A stretch of 25,254 nt of DNA from Myxococcota bacterium (GTDB lineage Bacteria > Myxococcota > SpSt-1050), in NCBI GenBank assembly GCA_049969675.1, contig JBMFOP010000048.1:1-25254 (forward strand), written 5' to 3'. The notes beneath the pieces are model-generated. The model was not told where the DNA came from. It was given only the letters and a program-made list of their open reading frames with translations, and did not search any database. Made by a program: the position numbers and the translations under genes. Of this stretch, positions 1-7,764 are shown piece after piece (within the stretch, counting starts at the first letter, position 1; every line of letters starts with the position of its first letter).

Positions 1-262
1 TTACCTCTAAACTCCAGTAGATATCTCATATTACTACTGATAGGTCAACCAGAATTTATTATATTGTGGACTGTTGACTGCAGACTTAGGAAGCCTTATT
101 TTAAGGTCTTTGTTTGATAAAATAATTAGCCTGTTGATGCCTCCATATCAAAAAATCTATTCTGGACAGATGTGCTTAGACTGTAAATTTAAATCCAAAG
201 AACATTCATATCCATACAACTGAAGCAGAAGAATTAAGATTGTTGTAAGGTCAATTAATCTC

Positions 263-1192
263 CTATTCAAGACCCTCCATTAATGCAGTTGAGAGGTACC
301 GCTCTCCAGTATCTGGCAAAACCACTACAATGGTCTTCCCCTCTGACTCCTTCCTTTTTGCAACCTGAATGGCAGCCCACATTGCTGCTCCAGAAGAGAT
401 TCCAACAAGAATACCTTCTTTTCGCGCCACCTCTCTTGCTGTATTGATTGCATCCTCATTGGTTACCTGTATAATTTCGTCAATAACTTCACGGTTTAAT
501 ACATCAGGTACAAAACCAGCACCTATCCCCTGAATTTTATGGGGTCCTGGCTTCCCACCAGACAGGACCGGGGATGCAGCCGGTTCCACCGCCACAGAAT
601 AAATTTTTTTCCTCTTCTTAATAACCTCTGAGACACCCGTAATGGTCCCACCAGTTCCTACACCACCAACGAATATATCAATCTGTCCATCTGTATCATT
701 CCATATCTCCTCAGCAGTGGTCTTACGATGAATCTCTGGATTGGCTGGATTTTTGAACTGCTGTGGCATAAATGAATTGGGGGTGGTCTTTAGCAATTCC
801 TCTGCCTTTCTGACTGCCCCACTCATCCCTTCAGTCCCGGGAGTCAATACAATCTCTGCTCCAAGCAATTTCAGGAGTTTCCTTCTCTCAATACTCATCG
901 TCTCCGGCATAGTAAGAATCAATCTGTAATTTTTTGCAGCCGCTACAAATGCAAGGGCAATACCAGTATTTCCACTCGTAGGTTCTATAAGGGTTGTAAC
1001 ATTGGGCTTTATCAATCCCTTCTCCTCCGCATCTTCAATCATTGAAACCCCAATCCTATCCTTTACACTATGAGCCGGATTAAAGGATTCAAGCTTTGCC
1101 AGAAGGGTGACTCTTAAGCCCTCAGTTAGTCTGTTAATCCTGACGAGAGGTGTATTCCCAATCGTCTCTATTATACTGTTGAATACTCTCAT
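263..1192 (-). CDS. cysK: Cysteine synthase A (O-acetylserine sulfhydrylase)
   Basis: 309 aa with IGNTPL start, PLP-lysine motif [35 protein letters not shown] and [17 protein letters not shown] just upstream. Confidence 0.97.
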   Translation of the reverse strand: MRVFNSIIETIGNTPLVRINRLTEGLRVTLLAKLESFNPAHSVKDRIGVSMIEDAEEKGLIKPNVTTLIEPTSGNTGIALAFVAAAKNYRLILTMPETMSIERRKLLKLLGAEIVLTPGTEGMSGAVRKAEELLKTTPNSFMPQQFKNPANPEIHRKTTAEEIWNDTDGQIDIFVGGVGTGGTITGVSEVIKKRKKIYSVAVEPAASPVLSGGKPGPHKIQGIGAGFVPDVLNREVIDEIIQVTNEDAINTAREVARKEGILVGISSGAAMWAAIQVAKRKESEGKTIVVVLPDTGERYLSTALMEGLE

Positions 1193-1210
1193 AAACTTCC
1201 TCCTTTTAAA

Positions 1211-1642
1211 TTAAATGTAAAACATAGGTGTCATTGGTGAAATGGTTGATTCAAATCTCTTAAATAAAGTCTCAAAATCAATTTGTCCGAGCCTCTTTAA
1301 GAACTCATCCTCTATTTCATTGGATATACTATATGAGAAAATCTGATAGATATTCTCTGCCTCATTACTTTTCTTCTCCTTAATCCCCTTTGTGGCTTTT
1401 ACAATGTCAAGAAGAGATATATCCTTCATACTTCTTTCAATAGTATAACCTCCATTACTACCTCTTATAGACTTGAGGATCCTGGCTCTCTGTAACTCCG
1501 ACAGTATAACTGTCAAAAACTTCTTTGGGATATATGTAGCGTCATAAATCTGATTCGCGGTGACAGAATTACCAGAACGAGTTGAATAGTATATATAAAT
1601 TACAATGGATATTGCATATTCAGCCTTTTTATTCAAGGTCAT
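1211..1642 (-). CDS. Rrf2-family transcriptional regulator, CymR-like
   Basis: 143 aa with Rrf2 wHTH features (AEYAI, IPKKFL, LKSIRGSNGGY, ISLLDIV); no cysteines, so not an Fe-S IscR/NsrR type; C-terminus MFYI as in CymR; 18 bp upstream of cysK. Confidence 0.88.
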   Translation of the reverse strand: MTLNKKAEYAISIVIYIYYSTRSGNSVTANQIYDATYIPKKFLTVILSELQRARILKSIRGSNGGYTIERSMKDISLLDIVKATKGIKEKKSNEAENIYQIFSYSISNEIEDEFLKRLGQIDFETLFKRFESTISPMTPMFYI

Positions 1643-1658
1643 ATATTCCTCCCTTCAA

Positions 1659-1692
1659 ATACTCTACCAATATAATGATTTATGTAGAATAT
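1659..1692. promoter_or_regulatory. Imperfect inverted repeat, candidate Rrf2 operator
   Basis: ATACTCTAC (1659-1667), 16 nt, GTAGAATAT (1684-1692); 8/9 palindromic match, straddling the -10 box and spacer. Confidence 0.5.
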
Positions 1693-1697
1693 GTCAA
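1669..1697 (-). promoter_or_regulatory. Sigma70-type promoter of the rrf2-cysK operon
   Basis: Minus strand TTGACA (1697-1692), 17-nt spacer, TATATT (1674-1669); SD GGGAGGA at 1653-1647 ahead of the ATG at 1642. Confidence 0.8.
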
Positions 1698-1901
1698 GAG
1701 AAAAATTAGAATAATCCTCAAAATAATTAAGGCAGTACGCTATTAAGCCAAATTACCAAGTAAAAACAGGCAATTAGAAAGTAACTTGCAACTGAATAGC
1801 ACAAAATTCCTTAAAAGTATATCTTATGTGCAATAAATAAAAATGTTTTGGTATGTAAATTGAAAATAAATAATAGCTTTTAATTATTCTGGAGGTCTTT
1901 T

Positions 1902-3908
1902 ATGAGATTTAAGATGTCGGCAGATGTAGCATTTGTGATCCTCTTTATAATGGTAATTATATGTATAGTAGTGCCTCTTCCGGGCTGGCTTCTGGATGTT
2001 TTAATTTCTATGAATATATCTGCTACAATATTGATTCTGATAATTTCACTTAATATATCATCAGCCGTTGAATTGCCTTCCTTCCCTTCTATCCTTCTTG
2101 TTACAACACTTTTTAGACTTGCACTTAATGTCGCATCTACACGTGCCATCCTCACCTGTGGTGATGCGGGGAGGGTTATCTCAGCTTTCGGAAATTTTGT
2201 AATCTCTGGAAATTACTTTGCCGGTGCAGTTGTATTCCTGATTATTACAATAATACAGCTCGTAGTGGTTACAAAGGGGGCAGAACGTGTGGCTGAGGTC
2301 TCAGCAAGATTTACATTAGATGCTATGCCGGGGAAGCAGATGTCCATAGATGCCGAACTCAGGGCTGGACATATAACTCTGGATGAGGCAATAAGAAGAA
2401 GGGCGAATCTCTCAGTTGAATCACAATTTTTTGGCTCAATGGACGGGGCAATGAAATTCGTCAAAGGAGATGCAATAGCGGGCATACTGATATCACTTAT
2501 AAATGTCATTGGAGGAATCTCCACCGGCACCATAATGAGGAATCTCTCAGTCTCAGAGGCAGTTCAAAGATATACTATTTTAAGTATCGGCGATGGGCTT
2601 GTCTCCCAGATCCCATCTTTGATTATATCTGTCTCTGCCGGAATCATTATAACAAGAATCTCTACTATCAAAAAGGCTGGTCTGGGGAAAGAGATATTTG
2701 TTAATCTTACAAAGAGACCTCTTACAATATTAATCGCTGCGGTCGTGGCCATAATCTTCTCTCTACTGCCTCACATCCCATTCCTTCCTTTCTTTTTAAT
2801 TGGCACATCCTTTATATTTGCTTACAGGAAACTTAACAACAGAATAGATGAGAGAGAGCCAGTAAGAGAGATGATTGAGACGACAAGACAGAATACAGAA
2901 AATCAGCCAGCAGAACAGAATACAGCTGAATCCATATCGTCATTTGCCGAGCCTCTCTCCCTTATTGTCTCTGAGGGAATTTCAAGAGAAGGTAGTATAG
3001 GGTCTGCTGAGGTAATTGTTAAAGATGTGCTTTCAACTGTAAGAAAGAGGCTCTTAAAAAGATACGGATACAGAATGCCGGGTGTAAAAGTTATAAAAGA
3101 TGATAGCGAGGAATTATTTTTTACACTCTCAATTTATGGGGTTGATATATATACATTTAGATGTGAAAAAGACCCCCTCTTTGCGATCAGAGGCAGATAT
3201 TCTGAAGGTGCCATTACCCAACTGGAGAATTTTAGATATCTTTACTACTCTGATGGGACAGATGAAGAGGTATTTGATTTAAAGATGATTATGATAGAAA
3301 TATTATTTACCCAGATATTGAAAAACATAAAAGATCTCTTCGGAATTCAGGAGACATCAGCTCTGATAGAGGAACTAAGTGGTAAATATCCAGCGCTTGT
3401 AAAGGAGGTAATACCAAGAGTAATAGGAGTCAATACCCTTTCAGAGATTTTAAAAAATCTACTATCCGAGCAGCTCTCAATCAGGAATATGAAGAGTATC
3501 CTTGAGACCATAGATAGGTATGCCCCTTTTGAGAAGAATCCAAATCTACTTTCAGAGTTTGTAAGGGTCTCTCTCGCAAGACAGAGCTGTATGGATTTCT
3601 CCGAAGACGGCAGGATGCGGGTCTATATACTTTCGCAAAACATAAATAAAATCATCTATGATTCCATTGCCAATATTCAGGGAGAGCAGGTGCTTTCAAT
3701 AAATCCAGAAGATGCGAGAAGGATTATTGAGGCCATAAAGAATGCAGTGAAAAACTCGGATTGCAGGCCGGTCATAATTACTGACTTTGAATTGAGGAGA
3801 TTTATCAGGAAGATCATTGAATATGAGATGCCATTTGTAGGTGTGCTTTCATTAAAAGAGATATCTCCCGATGTAAGAATAGAACCAGCCGGAACTATTG
3901 GTATCTGA
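1902..3908 (+). CDS. FHIPEP-family type III export gate protein (SctV/LcrD-like; FlhA family)
   Basis: 668 aa; hydrophobic N-terminal half with FPSILLVTTLFRLALNVASTRAIL, KGAERVAEVSARFTLDAMPGKQMSIDAELRAG, FFGSMDGAMKFVKGDAIAG and IGDGLVSQIP; cytoplasmic domain with FGIQET and LLSEQLSIRN; SD GGAGG upstream. Confidence 0.93.
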   Translation: MRFKMSADVAFVILFIMVIICIVVPLPGWLLDVLISMNISATILILIISLNISSAVELPSFPSILLVTTLFRLALNVASTRAILTCGDAGRVISAFGNFVISGNYFAGAVVFLIITIIQLVVVTKGAERVAEVSARFTLDAMPGKQMSIDAELRAGHITLDEAIRRRANLSVESQFFGSMDGAMKFVKGDAIAGILISLINVIGGISTGTIMRNLSVSEAVQRYTILSIGDGLVSQIPSLIISVSAGIIITRISTIKKAGLGKEIFVNLTKRPLTILIAAVVAIIFSLLPHIPFLPFFLIGTSFIFAYRKLNNRIDEREPVREMIETTRQNTENQPAEQNTAESISSFAEPLSLIVSEGISREGSIGSAEVIVKDVLSTVRKRLLKRYGYRMPGVKVIKDDSEELFFTLSIYGVDIYTFRCEKDPLFAIRGRYSEGAITQLENFRYLYYSDGTDEEVFDLKMIMIEILFTQILKNIKDLFGIQETSALIEELSGKYPALVKEVIPRVIGVNTLSEILKNLLSEQLSIRNMKSILETIDRYAPFEKNPNLLSEFVRVSLARQSCMDFSEDGRMRVYILSQNINKIIYDSIANIQGEQVLSINPEDARRIIEAIKNAVKNSDCRPVIITDFELRRFIRKIIEYEMPFVGVLSLKEISPDVRIEPAGTIGI

Positions 3909-3976
3909 ATACGCTTTTACTTTACTTTACCCAATAAAATATATAAATGGATTATCAGTAATTACCGGAGGAGATA

Positions 3977-5299
3977 ATGATAGACCGTTATGATGTAAAA
4001 GAGGTGAGCTCACTTTTTACAGAGAATGCCAGATTTAATGAGTTTTTAAATATTGAGCTTCTCGTCTGTGAGGCATACGAATCCTGTGGAAAAATCCCCA
4101 TCGGGACAGCGGCTAAATTGCGGGAGATAATAGGGGTCCTCTCAGATGAAGATATAAAGCAGATTAATGAGATTGAGAATCAGACAGGGCACGATATCAT
4201 AGCATTTCTGACCTTTATTGAAAGGAAGGCTTCTGAGCTCTCAAGATATATCCATCTGGGACTTACCAGTTACGATGTAGTGGATACAGCCCTCTCATCT
4301 TTAATAGTAAAGGCAATGAAAATCATTATTTCTGATCTGGAGGGACTCGCAGAGGTATTATTAAGACGTGCACAAGAATTTAAATATACTCCTATGATAG
4401 GTCGCTCGCACGGGGTCCACGCCGAACCTATTACATTCGGGCAGAAACTCATCAACTACTATGATGAGACGATGAGAAATATAAACCGATTGAAAAGGGC
4501 TAGTGAACAAATAGCAGTCGGTAAGATATCAGGGGCTGTAGGTGTATATGGGAATATTGACCCGAAGATTGAAGAGTATGTCCTATCAAAGATGGGACTG
4601 AGGCCACTTTATGCTACCACTCAGGTCATATCACGGGATATTCACGCAGAGGTCATACTTGCTCTGGCAATAAACGCCGCCTCACTGGAGAAATTTACAA
4701 CAGAGGTCAGACATCTGGAACGGACTGAGGTCAGGGAGGCATTTGAATTCTTCAAAAAAGGTCAGAAGGGCTCATCTGCTATGCCCCATAAGAAGAATCC
4801 AATCCTCTCCGAAAATGTCTGCGGTCTGGCAAGAGTTATCAAATCATACACAATCGCTGCACTTGAGAATATACCACTCTGGCACGAAAGAGATATATCC
4901 CATTCCTCTGTGGAGAGAATAATGCTATCAGATGTCTTTACCATCTCATCATTTATAATCAGGAGGACAAAAAATATTTATGAAAATCTGATAGTCTATC
5001 CGGAGAACATGCAGAGGAATCTGGATATAACAAAAGGATTATTTTTCTCAGAGGCACTTCTCTTAAAACTCGTGGATAAGGGTCTTTTGCGTCAGAGGGC
5101 TTACGAGATTGTGCAATCCCTCGCCCTTTATGCCTTTGAAAATAATCTTAACTTTAAGGATGTAGTTAAATCCGATAAGGATGTCTGTGCGATATTGTCA
5201 GAAGAGGAGATAGATTCAGTATTTGATATAAAACATCACCTCAGAAATATTGATTTTATATTTGATATGACAATGAAAAAGTATAACGACCAGATTTAA
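3977..5299 (+). CDS. purB: Adenylosuccinate lyase
   Basis: 440 aa; MIDRY start, HLGLTSYD, GRSHGVHAEP, KISGAVG, fumarate-lyase signature GSSAMPHKKNP, WHERDISHSSVER; SD GGAGGAG. Confidence 0.97.
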   Translation: MIDRYDVKEVSSLFTENARFNEFLNIELLVCEAYESCGKIPIGTAAKLREIIGVLSDEDIKQINEIENQTGHDIIAFLTFIERKASELSRYIHLGLTSYDVVDTALSSLIVKAMKIIISDLEGLAEVLLRRAQEFKYTPMIGRSHGVHAEPITFGQKLINYYDETMRNINRLKRASEQIAVGKISGAVGVYGNIDPKIEEYVLSKMGLRPLYATTQVISRDIHAEVILALAINAASLEKFTTEVRHLERTEVREAFEFFKKGQKGSSAMPHKKNPILSENVCGLARVIKSYTIAALENIPLWHERDISHSSVERIMLSDVFTISSFIIRRTKNIYENLIVYPENMQRNLDITKGLFFSEALLLKLVDKGLLRQRAYEIVQSLALYAFENNLNFKDVVKSDKDVCAILSEEEIDSVFDIKHHLRNIDFIFDMTMKKYNDQI

Positions 5300-5446
5300 T
5301 CAACATATTGATATTATTGGATAATTACACAATGTTGATCTAGAAGACATCTCAATAAAACTCGTTTTAGAAGAGTTTTTTAATATTGCCTTGGAACCAA
5401 TTTAATGTTAGTGGATTTATGTATTGGGCTTTTCGGGGAGATAGTT

Positions 5447-5593
5447 GTGACCCGTCTATGGATATGGATTTTGAGAAATTTTACATTGTTCCTGATCGTT
5501 GCGATATTTATGACAGATTGTGGAATTAAGGCACCCCCCAGACCCGCATCATATAAATCTACGGAGGTCAGATTATGTTCAAAGGTTCAATAG
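5447..5593 (+). CDS. Small putative lipoprotein, LptM/YifL-like
   Basis: Within the 5405..5593 ORF; GTG at 5447 follows SD GGGGAG; hydrophobic stretch FTLFLIVAIFM, then C-GIKAPPRP, resembling the CGxKxP motif; overlaps the dapA start by 19 nt. Start codon uncertain and lipobox (MTDC) atypical. Confidence 0.55.
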   Translation: MTRLWIWILRNFTLFLIVAIFMTDCGIKAPPRPASYKSTEVRLCSKVQ

Positions 5594-6456
5594 TTGCCAT
5601 TGTAACGCCATTTAATAATGGAAGAGTTGATAAAAAGGCCCTAAGTGAGCTTGTAAGATGGCATATAAAGAATGGGACAGACGCAATAGTGGTAAATGGT
5701 ACCACCGGTGAGACCCCAACACTTTCAAGGGAGGAGCAGAAGGAGAATATATATATTGTCCTTGAGGCATCAGAATCAAAGATCCCGGTAATTGCCGGTG
5801 TAGGTTCAAATAGCACAGAACATACTATTGACAATGTAAAAACTGCGATCGCCTGCGGCGTGGATGGATTGCTTGTTGTAACCCCATATTACAATAAGCC
5901 TACTCAGGAAGGGCTGTATCAGCACTTCAAAAGGGTCTCCGAAATATCTCCAACCCCTATAATTTTATATAATGTGCCTGGTAGAACTGGTGTTTCACTT
6001 CAAACCGAGACTGTCCTCAGGCTGGCTGAACTAAAGAATGTTACAGGTATTAAGGAGGCTGGTGGAGATTTCAAGATGGTTATGGAGATAGCAGCAACTC
6101 TAAAGAACTTCTCAATCCTATCTGGAGATGATGCCCTCAATCTACCACTGGCATCTGTGGGCTCAAATGGGGCTATCAGTGTTACAGCAAATGTGGTACC
6201 ACACCTTATCTCAAAGATGTATCGCCTGATTGAGAAGGGGGATTTTACTGAGGCGAGAAAGATTCATCTAAGGTTATTGCATCTCAACTCAATCCTCTTT
6301 ATTGAGTCCAATCCTATCCCTGTAAAGGCAGCCCTATCTCTTATGAAGAAAATTAAAAATGAGTTGAGATTGCCACTCACGCCGATATCAAAGGAGAATT
6401 TTAAAAGACTGAAAGGGGTAATAGATAAATTCTACCCCGAACTTTATAAATTATAA
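5575..6456 (+). CDS. dapA: 4-hydroxy-tetrahydrodipicolinate synthase
   Basis: 293 aa; AIVTPF, GTTGE, PYYNKPTQEGLYQHF, LYNVPGRTG, Schiff-base lysine in GIKEA, SGDD, FIESNPIPVK; SD GGAGG. Confidence 0.97.
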   Translation: MFKGSIVAIVTPFNNGRVDKKALSELVRWHIKNGTDAIVVNGTTGETPTLSREEQKENIYIVLEASESKIPVIAGVGSNSTEHTIDNVKTAIACGVDGLLVVTPYYNKPTQEGLYQHFKRVSEISPTPIILYNVPGRTGVSLQTETVLRLAELKNVTGIKEAGGDFKMVMEIAATLKNFSILSGDDALNLPLASVGSNGAISVTANVVPHLISKMYRLIEKGDFTEARKIHLRLLHLNSILFIESNPIPVKAALSLMKKIKNELRLPLTPISKENFKRLKGVIDKFYPELYKL

Positions 6457-6470
6457 ACAAGGAGTGTGGT

Positions 6471-7280
6471 ATGATAAAGATTATAGTAGTTGGTGCAATG
6501 GGAAGAATGGGTAGATTGATTATTCAGACAATAGCTGACGACCCTGAGGTGGAGCTCTCAGGTGCAGTAGAGATTATTGGACATAAGGATGTGGGTAAGG
6601 ATATCGGGACCCTATGTGGGCTCGGAACTCTCGGGATGGAGCTCGTGGACCAGTTAGAAAAAGTGGCGGCAGGTTCTGATTGCATAATTGACTTTTCTAC
6701 CCCCAAATCCACAATTGAGAATCTCCCGATTGCAGTTGAAAATAATATCCCTGTTGTAATTGGCACTACCGGGCTCTCTGGAAGAAAGGAGATGAAGGTG
6801 ATCAAACTCGCATCAAAGGAGATTCCAATCCTTTTATCTCCAAATATGTCAATAGGTATGAATATACTCTTTAAGGTAGTTCAGGATGTCGCACGATTTA
6901 CAAAAGGTAGATTTGATGTTGATATACTTGATATCCACCATCGCACAAAGAAGGATGTACCGAGTGGGACGGCTATGAAGCTCGCCGAGAATATTGCATT
7001 GGCAAGAGGTGTGGACCCTAAGAAGAGTATCCATTTTATGAAACACGAGACCAATTTTTCACGAAGTCCAGATGAAATCAAGATTATGGCTTCAAGGATA
7101 GGAGATATTGTTGGAGAACATACAGTCTTCTTCGGGGGTAAGGGCGAATCAATAGAAATCACCCACAGGGCATCCAATAGACTCAACTTTGCAGAAGGGG
7201 CGGTACTTGCAGCCAAATGGCTCGTAAATCAGAAGAAGGGTCTTTATACTATGGCTGATGTATTGGGACTCAATGATTGA
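6471..7280 (+). CDS. dapB: 4-hydroxy-tetrahydrodipicolinate reductase
   Basis: 269 aa; GAMGRMG Rossmann motif, IDFS, GTTG, SPNMSIG, HHRTKKDVPSGTA, VGEHTV, FAEGA; 14 bp downstream of dapA. Confidence 0.97.
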   Translation: MIKIIVVGAMGRMGRLIIQTIADDPEVELSGAVEIIGHKDVGKDIGTLCGLGTLGMELVDQLEKVAAGSDCIIDFSTPKSTIENLPIAVENNIPVVIGTTGLSGRKEMKVIKLASKEIPILLSPNMSIGMNILFKVVQDVARFTKGRFDVDILDIHHRTKKDVPSGTAMKLAENIALARGVDPKKSIHFMKHETNFSRSPDEIKIMASRIGDIVGEHTVFFGGKGESIEITHRASNRLNFAEGAVLAAKWLVNQKKGLYTMADVLGLND

Positions 7281-7716
7281 TTGATGATAAGAGATTTCTT
7301 CCGTTGACAATAATTGTAGGGGTCGTCTCAATCCCATTTTACGGGCACATAACAATAGAAAAAATCCTTCCCTCTTTTATGGATAGCTGTTTCTTTTCTT
7401 ATCTGTCCTTAATATCCAATCCTAAAACTATGAGTCAATAATTACACACCTATTTTTGTATTACTTATTTAAGTAATGAAATGAGAACTGGTTTTTCCAT
7501 TTGAACAAAAACTGACAGAGAAAAGATTGATTATAATCGCATTGGTACAAAGTAGGTTTTTGTTCTAAAAATTGATATGATAAAACACCTACTATTAAGC
7601 CTTGAGTGTTATAGTTTAGTCTAAAGGCTTTTAAAACTTACTTATGAATAAGATTAGAAGTTATGGCTTAACTTTCCAATACCAGATTTGGACAGCAGCA
7701 ATCAACAAATAAAAAC

Positions 7717-7740
7717 AAAAAAGGCGAGGTTCACCTCGCC
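7717..7740 (-). terminator. Rho-independent terminator of the Cys-rich lipoprotein gene
   Basis: Minus strand GGCGAGG-TGAA-CCTCGCC perfect 7-bp stem followed by TTTTTTGTTTTT, 24 nt after the stop at 7765. Confidence 0.88.
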
Positions 7741-7764
7741 CTCTAAATCTGAAATATAATCTAA

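Noticed and set aside
1..262. Possible gene start at the left edge (minus strand MRYLLEFRG)
   Set aside because: Only nine codons visible and no SD.
263..1642. Functional link between cysK and the nearby Cys-rich proteins (cysteine supply)
   Set aside because: Separated by unrelated housekeeping genes and no shared operator seen; proximity alone is not evidence.
7551..7593. AGTAGGT...ACCTACT inverted repeat downstream of dapB
   Set aside because: Short AT-rich stem with a long loop and no U-tract; compatible with chance.
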